DNA of 64,000 nucleotides from a virus. The notes beneath the pieces are model-generated. The model did not search any database. It saw only the letters and a program-made list of their open reading frames with translations, and was not told the origin of the DNA. Shown here in pieces: positions 1 to 10,600 of the stretch. The position numbers were made by a program, and so were the translations under genes. Where the stretch lies: the IMG/VR virus record IMGVR_UViG_3300001202_000001; one strand, 5' to 3'. Position 1 is the first letter of the stretch; the number at the start of each line of letters is the position of its first letter.

Positions 1-3000
1 AGCTGCTTCTGCTGCTGCCCTAAAAGTAGAAGTTTGATTAACATTAGTTAAAGTTGTTGCTACATCTGACGTAGTTTGCACAGCACTCTGTTGAGCGATA
101 GTGGCAGAAGCATCTGCTTCAAATTGAGCAGTAATATCTTCCAACCTAAGTTCATCAATAACAGCCTGACCACTACCATCAGGGTCGTTGAAAATTGCGA
201 CCAACCTAACAAAAGCAGTGTTCGGTCTAAATTCGTTATGGCTAGTATCACCTTCACCAGTGATAATACCCTCTCTGGTTTCCCATGCTCCGTTAGCAGC
301 AGCAGAGCCACCTAAATATCTATGAGTACCTACACCAGAAGATAGTACATTACCTGCGCTATCATAAGTAGCCAGACCTAAATAGGTTCTGTATTGACCA
401 CCATTCATAGTTACTTGCTTAAAGCGCATGATAGCTTTGTATCTGCGAGACGTATCTACAGGGTAAAACTTAGTTGAGTAAACCCATGCTCTTTGGGTAC
501 TATCAATTACACCAACTCGACCTCTTGCTCCTGCAACTGTGTCAGATGCAATAGGTGAGAAAGCAGAAGGGTGGTCTCTAATAGTTTCCTCGCTTTCTGC
601 ATAAGCTCCAGAACCGCCTTTGAAAAATACTAGACTTTCATCTGGAGATTTCATGTAAGGGTCACCTGAAATATCGAGAGTAGCTAGACGTGTAGAAGCT
701 GAAAGCTGAGCACTTGTAGCAGCACTAAGTGAGAAACCTTCTGCGCCATTTCTTGCAACCACAGCCGCAGCCTGAGCCGTTTCTGCGCCACCTCGTGCTG
801 TTTGAGCCAACGCTCTTTCATTGCTAGCTGTTTGAGCTTCTTGAGCCGCAGAAGTTTGAGACGCACTAGCAGAATTAGCACTAGATAATGAGGCAGCAGC
901 TTCTGCCGCAGATTGATTTCTAAAAGTTTCAGCTTCGTCCCTACGGGTTGTAGCTGTTAATGATGCTGCTTGTGAAGCGTTAGCAAAATTCTGTGAATCC
1001 GTTACGTGTCCAGATGTGGTTGTTACGTCAGCCGCTGTTGCCGCAGCGTGTCCTTGAGCGTCAGATTCCAAGTTAACAACTTGCTGATGTAAGGTAGTGA
1101 CATTGGCTTCTGCGGCTGTAGTTGTATCACGAGCCGAAACAGTTGTGTCTCTAGCTGCTTCCGCATCTGCTCTTGCAGTTTGAGCAGCCAACCTATCCTG
1201 TTCAACAACATCAGCAGTTTGACCCACTGCTGTTTGAGTAGCTAATACCGCAGTCAAGGAATCTGCTGACGCAATAGCAGAAGCTTCTGAAGCTTGCCTA
1301 TTAGTAACATCATCAAATTTAAGAGAGTCAATATAAGCTGTACCTGTGCCTCCGTTATGATTAACGATGAACATAAGGCGCACAAATGCTGTTCCTGCTC
1401 TAAATTGAGTAACACCATCACCTACACCTTCAATGATTCCTGTAAAATCTTGGAAATCTGTACCTGACAATAAGGCATTGTTAGCAGCAAAATATCTATG
1501 TGTACCTGACCCACCAGTAATAGCATTAAGGGAATCATCAAGGGTAACTAAACCAGCGTAGATTCTATTATTGTTTACATTAGCGTCCGCGATATGTTGC
1601 TTAACTCGGAAAGCCAGTTCGTATTTGCGAGTAGGGTCTACAGGAATGACCTTGGTAGTATATAACCAATAGTTACCTTGAACGACTGCTACCTTACCTC
1701 TAGCCCCAGCTACTCCTGTTAAGGAAGTAGGGTTGATATAATTCGGATGCGCTCTCACAGTGGCTTCATCACCTGTATAGATTCCCGAACCATTACTACC
1801 TTGGAAGTAGTACAAACTATTTTCAGGGTCTGACATATAAGGGTCTAAATCAGCATCAATAATATCTAACTGGATAGCTCTCGACTCCAGCACATCTTGG
1901 ACTACCTCTGCCGCTGAATTATTTATGATAATTTCTTTTGCATCAATTCTGGCTTCAGCATCAGCAACCTGAGTCTGTGCCAGTTGTGCTGCATCTCTAG
2001 CCGCTAAAGTGGAGGAAGCATTGTTAGCAGAATTGTTTTCAGAAATTAACGCTGCTGCCGCAGAGTCTGCTGCACTTTGAGTGTCTCCATAAGTATCTTG
2101 TAATGCCTGAATGTCGGCTTCAATATCAGAAACCAGACCAGTTACGATTTCTTGAGTAGTTACGATGTTGGCTTCATAAGTTACTTCGATGATAGGAGAG
2201 GATTGATTACCAAATACATCTAAAACTTGATAGGCAACATAATTAGTCCCATCCTCAAAAGTTAAAATAGGAGTACCATCTCTGTTCCATTGTAAACTAC
2301 CAGATGTATTGGCAGATGAACTTTGAGAAACCCAAACTTTTACACCTCTATAATCGGTATCTGATACGTCATCAAAAACCATTGTGCCTCTGGTAGACCC
2401 ATTTTGGGGAACATTGAAAGCAACATTAGCCAAGGTAATCACTGGTTTTTGTACAGAACGGGTAAAGGTACTTCCTTCATTACCTTCTGCATCAGATACA
2501 CTGACTACGACAGAGAAGTTTCTAATATCTGTAAGTCCAAAACCGTTAAAGTCAGAATAAGGAATCTCTAATTTTTTATTTTTCCAATCCGCAACCTGAT
2601 AAGTATGAACGATTGACCCATTTGTTGGGTCAACTACATCTACTTCAAACCATGCGAAATCTGGATGGGGCTTATCAGAAGCCCAACCTTCCCACTTCTC
2701 TGTAGTATCAACAGACCACTCTAAAGAAACATTACGCCCAATATAGGTTGTGTCTGAATCTTTTTTATTCTGAATAGTGACTCCTGTGATTGAGGGTAGG
2801 CCGTAGAATGGGGCGACTGTAGTTACTCGTGTTCTAACAATTTGAGGAGATTCAGAACCATCTACATTAAGCGCGTTGACCGCGAATAAATGTGTACCTG
2901 CGTCTACAGCAGCCATGCTGAATTGTTGTGCTGAACCTCTAAAGATTTCACGAGATTGACCATCATTGAAAGTGTATTTAACAGAATATTTACCACCAGC

Positions 3001-5259
3001 AATAGCTGTGCTAGGGGCTTCCCAAGTCAAGTTAATGTCATTAACCTTACCATCAGAAGTGACTCTCTCTAAAACATTGGCTGTTAATTCAAGAACAGCC
3101 GTACTATCTGGACTAGAAATATCTGGTTCATCTGAAACATCAAAAACCGTTCCGTCAAAATTATCTACCAATGCGTATTTGGAACGGTTTACTTCCAGAG
3201 CGGTAATCTTAATCTTCTCATTAGCATCATCACCTTCTTCAATACCAATAACACGGTAAGGTCTTAAATCACCTTCCGTCGCAGAAGCTACGGAGAATGA
3301 GAAGTTAGGGTCAAGCCCAAGGTCTGTAGGTAGAGCATCTTCTAATCTAACAGTTGTTGGTGTGGTAGCAACGCTACCCCAAATAACATTGGTTTCCCAA
3401 ATACCGTTAGCTGTTTGGATTCTAACTTTATAGTCAGTCACCCCACTTTCTAAAACAAGAGGCTCATTATATGTTAGAGTTCTTCGGTCTGATGAAATAT
3501 CCATGCAGCGACGTGAATGACCTTCATCCATAGCTTCATCGGCAATCAGGATAATATCGTGAGGCTCAACGTAGGCACCAAGTCGTGTCGTGGTGAAAGC
3601 CACGTTGCGAGTTTCTGTAAGGGACGTTACCAGCTTATGATAGGCTCTGTTGATAGCTTCATCAGTATCCACACAGCCGACTGCCACGAATGTAAGAGGC
3701 TTACGGCCATGAAGGTCAATATCAGCTTGGTCAAAGACACGTCGTCTATCTTCTTGGTAAGCAGGTAGAAGTTTGTTGCGGTAGACAACTGTAATGTCGT
3801 TGTATCGAGTGTTAATATCAGAGAATGAATACTGGAAGCGTCCGTTTTCAATATCCATATTGTTGAAAGTGTGAGTGGCAGTAGTATTTCTTTCCACACG
3901 CAGACGGAAGTTACCTTCTACATCCTCATAGAAGACAGCGTTACCAGCACCAGCCATGTAGGTTAGTAGTTCCATAGAATTACGAGGCGTCGTGATAGAA
4001 CCATTGAAAGTTACACGAGGACGTGTTCCACCATTAGGACGTGGGACACCAACATACGCACCAGTAACTTCGTCACAGGCGTTCCAGTATAGAGACGCTT
4101 CTAGGGCTTCATAACGAGAGAAGTTGATTGTGTGGTATGCAGCGATACCGTGAACATCGTTGTGCACGAGGTCATAGATAATCCAAGCAAGGTCATCTGT
4201 GAAAACCTTCTTAAATGTTCCATCCCAAGGGCCACCTGTGAAATCATAGCTGCGAGTTACAGGGTCAAAGATAGTAGGAACGAGAACTTCTGCCGTGTCA
4301 TAAATACCATACATTTGGGGAATGTTAGACAACTGGTCAGAGGCTTTGACAATAAGCTGAGCCATTGCTGTGTTAGGGTATGACTTCTCTTCGATTGTGA
4401 TTTGTTCAAAGGTGTCCCAAGTCAATTCACGGATAGATGTGCTAGTGGATTCAGCAGAGATTTTAGTAACTCGAATGTCGTAGGTATCAGTTGTTAATCT
4501 TGCAACGGGAATCCTAATCTCCTTCATTACTGGAGACTGTGTGCGACCATAAACTCTAACATTGTCAGAGTAAGCTGTTACACCTAGTGAGGTATCAATC
4601 GGCCCATCAGCATTATCTTGGTACTCTGCCCATGCTTGCGCTTCTGCTTGGAACTGTGTGAAACCTTGTTCAATTCTTAGTTCTTCGATACGTGAGCGAA
4701 GGGTTCCAAAAATACCTGAACCAGAATCCACAGGGTCAGGATGTGTGTATGATTGTAACCAACCAGTGTTGGAAGGTAGAGTTTGCCATGTGCCAGAAGA
4801 TGTGGGTTTAACCTCGATTCTGAATAGTAAGTCCTCATTCAACTGGTCACCATCAGTCGTGTTACGCATAAGCTGGTCGATACGAATACGAACATCAATA
4901 GCATCAATATCACCAGAAGTGGTTGTACGTGTTACAGGAGCATTCTGTGCAAGGTTAACACCTACAGAATGTCCAGAGGCTGAGCCACCAAGTAAGAACT
5001 TGATAGGGTCTGGCATCTGTGTACCTTTGTGGAAGATAAGCTGCGCGTCAGGGAAATTTAAAGTTCCGTCAGAAGCCATGAGAGGTGTGTTGGCAATGTA
5101 GAAAGACTTCATTCCATCATGTAGTTTAGACCACGGCCCCTCACCTAGACCAAGTAGAACCTCTACAGTATCTTCTGAACGAAGGTTGTCTGAAACACGA
5201 GTAGGTTCAGGAGGCTGCTTTGGGCCTTTAGCAAAAGGTAGGGTAGAAACTGAATACAT
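1..5259 (-). CDS. Host-specificity / central tail fibre protein (lambda gpJ-like); C-terminus lies beyond the window
   Basis: Absent from ORF track because there is no stop in the window. Hand translation from ATG 5259-5257 gives MYSVSTLPFAKGPKQPPEPTRVSDNLRSEDTVEVLLGLGEGPW..., a gpJ-type N-terminus. The frame stayed open in every block I translated (1-720, 781-840, 1261-1920). Follows the I/K/L/M-like genes. Confidence 0.85.
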   Translation of the reverse strand, partial: MYSVSTLPFAKGPKQPPEPTRVSDNLRSEDTVEVLLGLGEGPWSKLHDGMKSFYIANTPLMASDGTLNFPDAQLIFHKGTQMPDPIKFLLGGSASGHSVGVNLAQNAPVTRTTTSGDIDAIDVRIRIDQLMRNTTDGDQLNEDLLFRIEVKPTSSGTWQTLPSNTGWLQSYTHPDPVDSGSGIFGTLRSRIEELRIEQGFTQFQAEAQAWAEYQDNADGPIDTSLGVTAYSDNVRVYGRTQSPVMKEIRIPVARLTTDTYDIRVTKISAESTSTSIRELTWDTFEQITIEEKSYPNTAMAQLIVKASDQLSNIPQMYGIYDTAEVLVPTIFDPVTRSYDFTGGPWDGTFKKVFTDDLAWIIYDLVHNDVHGIAAYHTINFSRYEALEASLYWNACDEVTGAYVGVPRPNGGTRPRVTFNGSITTPRNSMELLTYMAGAGNAVFYEDVEGNFRLRVERNTTATHTFNNMDIENGRFQYSFSDINTRYNDITVVYRNKLLPAYQEDRRRVFDQADIDLHGRKPLTFVAVGCVDTDEAINRAYHKLVTSLTETRNVAFTTTRLGAYVEPHDIILIADEAMDEGHSRRCMDISSDRRTLTYNEPLVLESGVTDYKVRIQTANGIWETNVIWGSVATTPTTVRLEDALPTDLGLDPNFSFSVASATEGDLRPYRVIGIEEGDDANEKIKITALEVNRSKYALVDNFDGTVFDVSDEPDISSPDSTAVLELTANVLERVTSDGKVNDINLTWEAPSTAIAGGKYSVKYTFNDGQSREIFRGSAQQFSMAAVDAGTHLFAVNALNVDGSESPQIVRTRVTTVAPFYGLPSITGVTIQNKKDSDTTYIGRNVSLEWSVDTTEKWEGWASDKPHPDFAWFEVDVVDPTNGSIVHTYQVADWKNKKLEIPYSDFNGFGLTDIRNFSVVVSVSDAEGNEGSTFTRSVQKPVITLANVAFNVPQNGSTRGTMVFDDVSDTDYRGVKVWVSQSSSANTSGSLQWNRDGTPILTFEDGTNYVAYQVLDVFGNQSSPIIEVTYEANIVTTQEIVTGLVSDIEADIQALQDTYGDTQSAADSAAAALISENNSANNASSTLAARDAAQLAQTQVADAEARIDAKEIIINNSAAEVVQDVLESRAIQLDIIDADLDPYMSDPENSLYYFQGSNGSGIYTGDEATVRAHPNYINPTSLTGVAGARGKVAVVQGNYWLYTTKVIPVDPTRKYELAFRVKQHIADANVNNNRIYAGLVTLDDSLNAITGGSGTHRYFAANNALLSGTDFQDFTGIIEGVGDGVTQFRAGTAFVRLMFIVNHNGGTGTAYIDSLKFDDVTNRQASEASAIASADSLTAVLATQTAVGQTADVVEQDRLAAQTARADAEAARDTTVSARDTTTAAEANVTTLHQQVVNLESDAQGHAAATAADVTTTSGHVTDSQNFANASQAASLTATTRRDEAETFRNQSAAEAAASLSSANSASASQTSAAQEAQTASNERALAQTARGGAETAQAAAVVARNGAEGFSLSAATSAQLSASTRLATLDISGDPYMKSPDESLVFFKGGSGAYAESEETIRDHPSAFSPIASDTVAGARGRVGVIDSTQRAWVYSTKFYPVDTSRRYKAIMRFKQVTMNGGQYRTYLGLATYDSAGNVLSSGVGTHRYLGGSAAANGAWETREGIITGEGDTSHNEFRPNTAFVRLVAIFNDPDGSGQAVIDELRLEDITAQFEADASATIAQQSAVQTTSDVATTLTNVNQTSTFRAAAEAA

Positions 5260-5263
5260 GTAT

Positions 5264-5929
5264 TTAGAAAGCATTGATTGAGTTCCCCGCTGAGTAACCA
5301 TAACGATAGTTAGGGCTATAAGTCGGAACGCTAGTTCCAGAGTATGGGCCAGATGCAATATCACGAGATTTGATATTGATAGAAAGGAAGTGGCCGTAGA
5401 CAGGGAAAGTACCCCACGTCAATGGAATACGTGTACCAATCTTGGTTGTGTTACCTGTGCCAGAAATATATTTAGAGGCTTCTGGATTGGTTTGTTCAGG
5501 GGTTGTGTCTAACTTAGGAACAGGCGTTAGTAGTTGAATGATACCCCCAGCAATCATACCAATACCTGCGGAGATAAGAGCCATAGAAAGCTGTGGAGGA
5601 ATACCAAGGAACATACCCCCAACAACGAGAACAGCACCAACAATAATTTGGAAGATACCCACTTTCTTACCCGCTGTGAACGCTGGCATGAAGTGTAGCT
5701 CGTCAACCTCAAGAGGCATGTCGAGAGCATCTGGATTATCAAACCCAGCGATTTGGAAGAATAAAGTTTCTTTGAATAGGTCAGAATGTGTGCGACGCAA
5801 GTGGGACATAATTGCAGTCGTAGCTTCTCTTGCTGTTGAAACTGACAATTCCACAGGTTTACCTAGAACATCAAGGATGCCATGTAGGTGAACTTTAACC
5901 ACGTTTAACAACTCCGTCTTCTGTGACAT
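5264..5929 (-). CDS. Tail assembly protein, lambda gpI-like
   Basis: 221 aa. VKVHLHGILDVLGKPVELSVSTAREA N-terminal segment plus Gly/hydrophobic C-terminal half, directly upstream of the J-like gene. Alternative GTG start at 5902. Confidence 0.7.
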   Translation of the reverse strand: MSQKTELLNVVKVHLHGILDVLGKPVELSVSTAREATTAIMSHLRRTHSDLFKETLFFQIAGFDNPDALDMPLEVDELHFMPAFTAGKKVGIFQIIVGAVLVVGGMFLGIPPQLSMALISAGIGMIAGGIIQLLTPVPKLDTTPEQTNPEASKYISGTGNTTKIGTRIPLTWGTFPVYGHFLSINIKSRDIASGPYSGTSVPTYSPNYRYGYSAGNSINAF

Positions 5930-6233
5930 AGTATTGGGCTACGCCATTATTTCCTACGATGTAGTGTTTAAGATGTGGGTGGTTAGTAAACGCCACATAA
6001 TCATCACCACTAAGGTTATTCGTTGCAGAGGGATGTGTGTGCCATGTGGCTACAGCATTGACCAAACGGTCAGGGTCGTAAGCATATGCGAATAAGTCAG
6101 CAGAACGATACATGGCTCCAAATTCAGGGTCATGATGGTTGTTGAAAGTTTCAACGACAGTTCCATCTTCGAGTACAAATCCAAGACGTTCATTACCTTC
6201 ATCGGCATAGTTATTCAATAGCTCTTTGAGCAT
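5895..6233 (-). CDS. MPN/JAB (JAMM) domain tail-tip protein (lambda gpK-related)
   Basis: 112 aa. JAMM motif WHTHPSATNNLSGDD (HxH-x7-S-xxD). Lies in the tail-tip gene block. Confidence 0.8.
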   Translation of the reverse strand: MLKELLNNYADEGNERLGFVLEDGTVVETFNNHHDPEFGAMYRSADLFAYAYDPDRLVNAVATWHTHPSATNNLSGDDYVAFTNHPHLKHYIVGNNGVAQYYVTEDGVVKRG

Positions 6234-6738
6234 TCTCTAGCAACTCCCTCTTACGAGGTGATAATATATCGAAAAAGTCTACTTTATCAACTTCTTTCTT
6301 ACGTGAGGGAATATCCTTATGGCGCAAAATATGGGTGGTAGAGTTCTTAAACCTGAATGGGATAATTTCAGACTTCCTACCATACATTCTATGAAGCATC
6401 ATACGTGGCTCTAGCCATACAGCACAATGGTTGGCTACACCCGTGGCTGGTCTGTCACCGAAGCCGTGGATTGACATTAGTAGAACGTCAGACGTTTGCA
6501 TGTGGTTACCCCAAGGGTCACCTCGTGGGAAGTCTAAGATTTCAAATCCTTCCTTACGGAAGTTCTCTGCGAATAGGTTAAGTCCATCCCTTTCCCAACC
6601 CTCGTAACGAGCATAGTCAGCTTTGACTTCAATATCTTCCATCGTATCAAAATATTTGCTAAGAGTTGTGAGACAGTCCTCACCCTTTTCATAGGAGAAG
6701 TCCTCACCAAGAAGGTGGTTGTACTTACCTTCAAACAT
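6211..6738 (-). CDS. NlpC/P60-like tail-tip protein (lambda gpK-related)
   Basis: 175 aa. Candidate catalytic Cys in GEDCLTT and His in VANHCAVWL. Sits between the L-like and MPN genes and overlaps the MPN gene by 23 nt. Confidence 0.65.
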   Translation of the reverse strand: MFEGKYNHLLGEDFSYEKGEDCLTTLSKYFDTMEDIEVKADYARYEGWERDGLNLFAENFRKEGFEILDFPRGDPWGNHMQTSDVLLMSIHGFGDRPATGVANHCAVWLEPRMMLHRMYGRKSEIIPFRFKNSTTHILRHKDIPSRKKEVDKVDFFDILSPRKRELLENAQRAIE

Positions 6739-7235
6739 TAGATTGACACCGAAGAGAACTCAGGCTTCAAGAATTGCCTAGAAGGGATAACACCCTCCTG
6801 TCTGTCAGAGCGGCTACGAAGTTGTGCCGTGATAAGTTCACCAAGTCCTGTGATTTGAGCAATGTACCACACGTTCTTCTCATAAGCGGGAGGGTCTGCT
6901 GCTAAATTATCAGGCTTAATCTTATATCTAACTACTGTTGCTCCTTCTAAGTGACCTTCTGCAACAGGAACATGGAATACATCAAGGGGGTTACCAATCG
7001 TTAGGGTAGGTCTAATTCTCTGCTCACCAGAATTACGTTTGAAACCTGACACCTTGATAAAAGCGTCATCAAATGTCCAAGGAGTATTAACATTTGTTGG
7101 ATGCCATTGATACTCTCTACCTGAATGAGCACGAATTTTACTACCATTCACCAATGTAATATCAAAGAGTTCAATAAACTCTTGGGGATTAAGCTTTAAA
7201 CTATCTTCCTTATGACTAGCTGGAATATCTGCCAT
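6738..7235 (-). CDS. Minor tail protein, lambda gpL-like
   Basis: 165 aa. NPQEFIELFDITL ... VSGFKRNSGEQRIRPTLTIGNP ... GATVVRYKI matches the gpL-family layout. Start and stop overlap the neighbouring genes. Confidence 0.7.
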   Translation of the reverse strand: MADIPASHKEDSLKLNPQEFIELFDITLVNGSKIRAHSGREYQWHPTNVNTPWTFDDAFIKVSGFKRNSGEQRIRPTLTIGNPLDVFHVPVAEGHLEGATVVRYKIKPDNLAADPPAYEKNVWYIAQITGLGELITAQLRSRSDRQEGVIPSRQFLKPEFSSVSI

Positions 7236-7627
7236 TATGATGGATGCTCCCTGAATTTAACTTCTACGTTAGATACTAGACCTCGATTACCTGTTACTTG
7301 TGGAATTGTAAAGGGTGTATCGAATCTAACAATCACGTTGCCAAACACAGGGTGAGGGTAGATAAAGCTTTTCCATGTTCCATGCGTCTTGTAAAATTCC
7401 CAAAGGGCCATGATATTATTGTTTGCGTCAATAGTGCCTAGAGCATCAGGGTCACCATTAGGTAAGCTCTTGTAAACCATAGCGGGAAACGTCAGGCTGA
7501 ATAGTCTGAGAATAGGTTCAGAAGGTTCATTAGAGAAGCGGAAGCCTCCCTTCAATTCAATACTAGAACTGTTATCCTCTGTTGTCATTGACGGGTTCCC
7601 GTGGAAGGGAAAGTTAAAAGTTTCCAT
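7235..7627 (-). CDS. Minor tail protein (gpM position)
   Basis: 130 aa ORF in the slot between tape measure and the L-like gene. Call is by position only. Confidence 0.5.
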   Translation of the reverse strand: METFNFPFHGNPSMTTEDNSSSIELKGGFRFSNEPSEPILRLFSLTFPAMVYKSLPNGDPDALGTIDANNNIMALWEFYKTHGTWKSFIYPHPVFGNVIVRFDTPFTIPQVTGNRGLVSNVEVKFREHPS

Positions 7628-10600
7628 TAGTTCATCGCGTGTTTAATTAGCTTCTTAGTTTGTCCACCAGTAGCAATATCCTGTCCGATAACATGTAGAA
7701 TATCATCAGGGCCAAGCTGTGGTTTTTCCTCTGGAGCCATAACGTAAACATTTACCTCTTGGCTCTTACCATCTGGTAAGACCATGCTCTGTACCGTATC
7801 AGGTTTAAGAGCGGCACTACCTAGCGCATTCATTGCGTATAACTTATCCTTACCAATGCTGTCTACTGCTGATTTACGCATCATAAATTCACCAGCCTCT
7901 GCCATAATAGGAACATGGTCTCTGCCAGTGACTCCAAGGTTAGGGATTCGTCCCCCACCAGAGAACCCTTTAATAGCTCCACCACCAGAGAATGTTTGAG
8001 GGCTGAAACCGAAGGCTGCGAAAAGTTGTTTGATAGCGAAAATAGCAACTTGCTCTGCAAGAATTTTCAAGATAGCTTTCAAGATAGACTCTGCCATATC
8101 TCCAAATGCCTCGCCTACAGATTTAGCTCCAGTCGCAATATCAAAGAACGCATCCCCTAGAGAGTCAGTAGCAACATCTCCTACCTCTACAACCTTATCG
8201 GCAAAGTTGTCTGATGATAGAGAGGCTTCCTCTAACTTATCAATGTAGGCTTGAAGCCCTTCGTTCAGTGCTTCTGTCCAGTTATACATATCAGGAGCAG
8301 CTTCTCCAGTAACAGCACCAATCTCTCTCTGCAAATCTCTGATGCGTTTTTGAGATTCAATAATTTCATCTGCTTTAGCAGTAATTTCACCATCAATTTC
8401 AAGACCTTGGGCTTTCAACTGATTGATTTCTCTACTAGCTTGCTTCATTTCATCAGGGCTATAGTTGCCACCAGTGTTAGCAAGGATTTCTTCTGCTCTG
8501 CGTAGCTTAGCATCAATGTCAGCTTTAGAAGCCTCAAGAGCCGCTTGGTCAGCAGTTAGTCTAGCGAGGTTATCTGTCTTCAATAAGTCCAGTTCAGTAC
8601 GCATAGCTTTTACTTGTGCATTCTGAATTTCCCTATCAAGATTATCTTTATGAACCTGACTGAACTTACCTTTATTACTGGCGGCATCTGTTGCATCACG
8701 AGCGGCTTGTAGGTCAGCCACGGGGTTCTGTAGAGCTTCAATCTTATCATCAAAAGCCTTGGTTGCCACATCGAATGAGTCCGTTAACTCTTTCAGAGCG
8801 TTACGAATCTGAGGAACTTGTTTCTCTCTAATCTCGGTGTGCATACCATCGAATGAGAGGGCAACCTCTTCTCGTTCAGCTTTGAGAGTAGCATTAAGCT
8901 TCGTCATTTCTAGGTCTAGTAATTCTGTATCACCTGCCAAACGGAAACGTAAGTCCTCACGAGCCGCCAGTTCCTTATCAGACTGTAGCTGTAGAGCACG
9001 TTGCTTAGCTGCCTCGATTTCATTAAGTGAACTTCTCTTGGTAACTCTTTTACGCTCAAGAGCAATTTCTTTCTCAAGTTGAATCTCAAGAGACTCATAG
9101 GAAATCTTACGAGTTCTGATTTCCTTCTCAAGACTCAACTTATCCAGAGCAGCAATAACCTTTTCTCTTTCTAGGCGTAGGGAAGTAGCGAAGGTTGCTT
9201 CTGCAATCTCTCTTTCTTTGCCGTGCTTTCCTTCCCTATCTAAACGAGAAGTTTCTTGGGAAAGGGCAGCTTCTTGTTTCTCTGCCAGTCTTTCTAGGAT
9301 AGCTGCTCTACCTTGAGCAATTACATTTTCTGAATCTTTAACATCAAGAGACCTGCGGATTAAATCAATCTCACGCTGGCGGTTAGCTTGCTGTAGCTTG
9401 AATCCAGCATCAAATTCCCTTAACTGTTGGTCAGTCATTTTAACCGCAGCTTCTGCGCGAGATAATAAAGCTGCACCTGTTTGGGATAGGCCAGATGCTG
9501 CAAACTCACGCTCTTGGCCAGTTGCTTTGAACTTAGCGGTATCAGCATAACCTTCTGGAAGTGGAAGGTCTTTGTTAGTGAAGTTACTTCTATCACTCTT
9601 GGCTTTAGCAAGTTGTTGGTCTAATGAAATCAAAATAGACCGAGAAGCAGAAGCTTCATCACTACTGTTAAAGGTATTTTGGGTTACCTCACGTTTTTGC
9701 CCTGCAATAGATTGTGTGGTTTGAACAACAGGTAGGAACTTACTGGTGAACTCTTGCAAGTATCTATTTTGAGCATTGATAACAGCTTGAGCATCGGCAA
9801 TATCTTCTTCACGAGTTGTGTTATCTTGGAAACGGAAGCCGAAGTTAGAGTTTCTACCTTCTTCAATTCTTTCATTTAGCAGAGCTTCATCCTTTGGAGA
9901 CAACACTCCATTTTGCATAGCAAGTGTAAGTCTGTTGTTGTCAGCTTGAATTTTAGTCACTGCTCTGTAGAGTTCTAGGATTCCAGTATCGTTGAGCTTA
10001 CCATTATCAAATTGTCTTGCTTGTCCAACAATATCGCTGTCGAAACCAAAAGGTGATAACGTAGAAGACCTGCGGAAACCTCCATAAGCATCCTTCGGAA
10101 GGACACCAGCTAGTTTCCTACGAGCCTGTTTGGCTTGTCCTTCAAGTAGTCTTGTAGATTCATCAATGCTGGTGTTAAGTTCTACGTTACGCACGTCTAA
10201 CATAACATCACGAAGACGCTCTAACTCTGGAACTAGGTCTTGAATTTTACCATTCGTGAAATCAAATGAACCCCCAAGGTCTCCAAACTTTAATTGTAAC
10301 TCAAGGGCGATGTTATTCACCTCTTGCATACTCTCCCCAGCTTCAAAGTGACGTTGGGTAAGAATTTCAATCTCTTTGTCGATTGACCTGATGTTAGCGG
10401 TGTAAGTTTCAAGCTTACCTGAGCTTTCATCAACAGATGCTTTTAGTTCATCGACGCTCTCTGAGAAGAAATCAATACCGATTTTAGCCAAGCCAATAAC
10501 CGCTGTGATAGCTGCGATACCCCCACCAACTGGCCCCATAGCTACGAGTAAGCCTTTGTAACCTAACCCTGCGGCACGAGTGGCCGCTGCCTCTCCTAGT

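Noticed and set aside
121-1880. The two similar modules in the J-like gene as a DGR template/variable repeat pair.
   Set aside because: The similarity is diverged at the protein level with many non-adenine differences. No reverse transcriptase is present in the window.
2966-5101. Plus-strand ORFs of 83-147 aa (2966..3259, 3517..3768, 4132..4383, 4658..5101) and short minus-strand ORFs in another frame within 60..3899.
   Set aside because: They lie entirely inside the long J-like reading frame, either antisense or out of frame. They have no RBS and have low-complexity, Ser/Cys/Arg-rich shadow-ORF composition.
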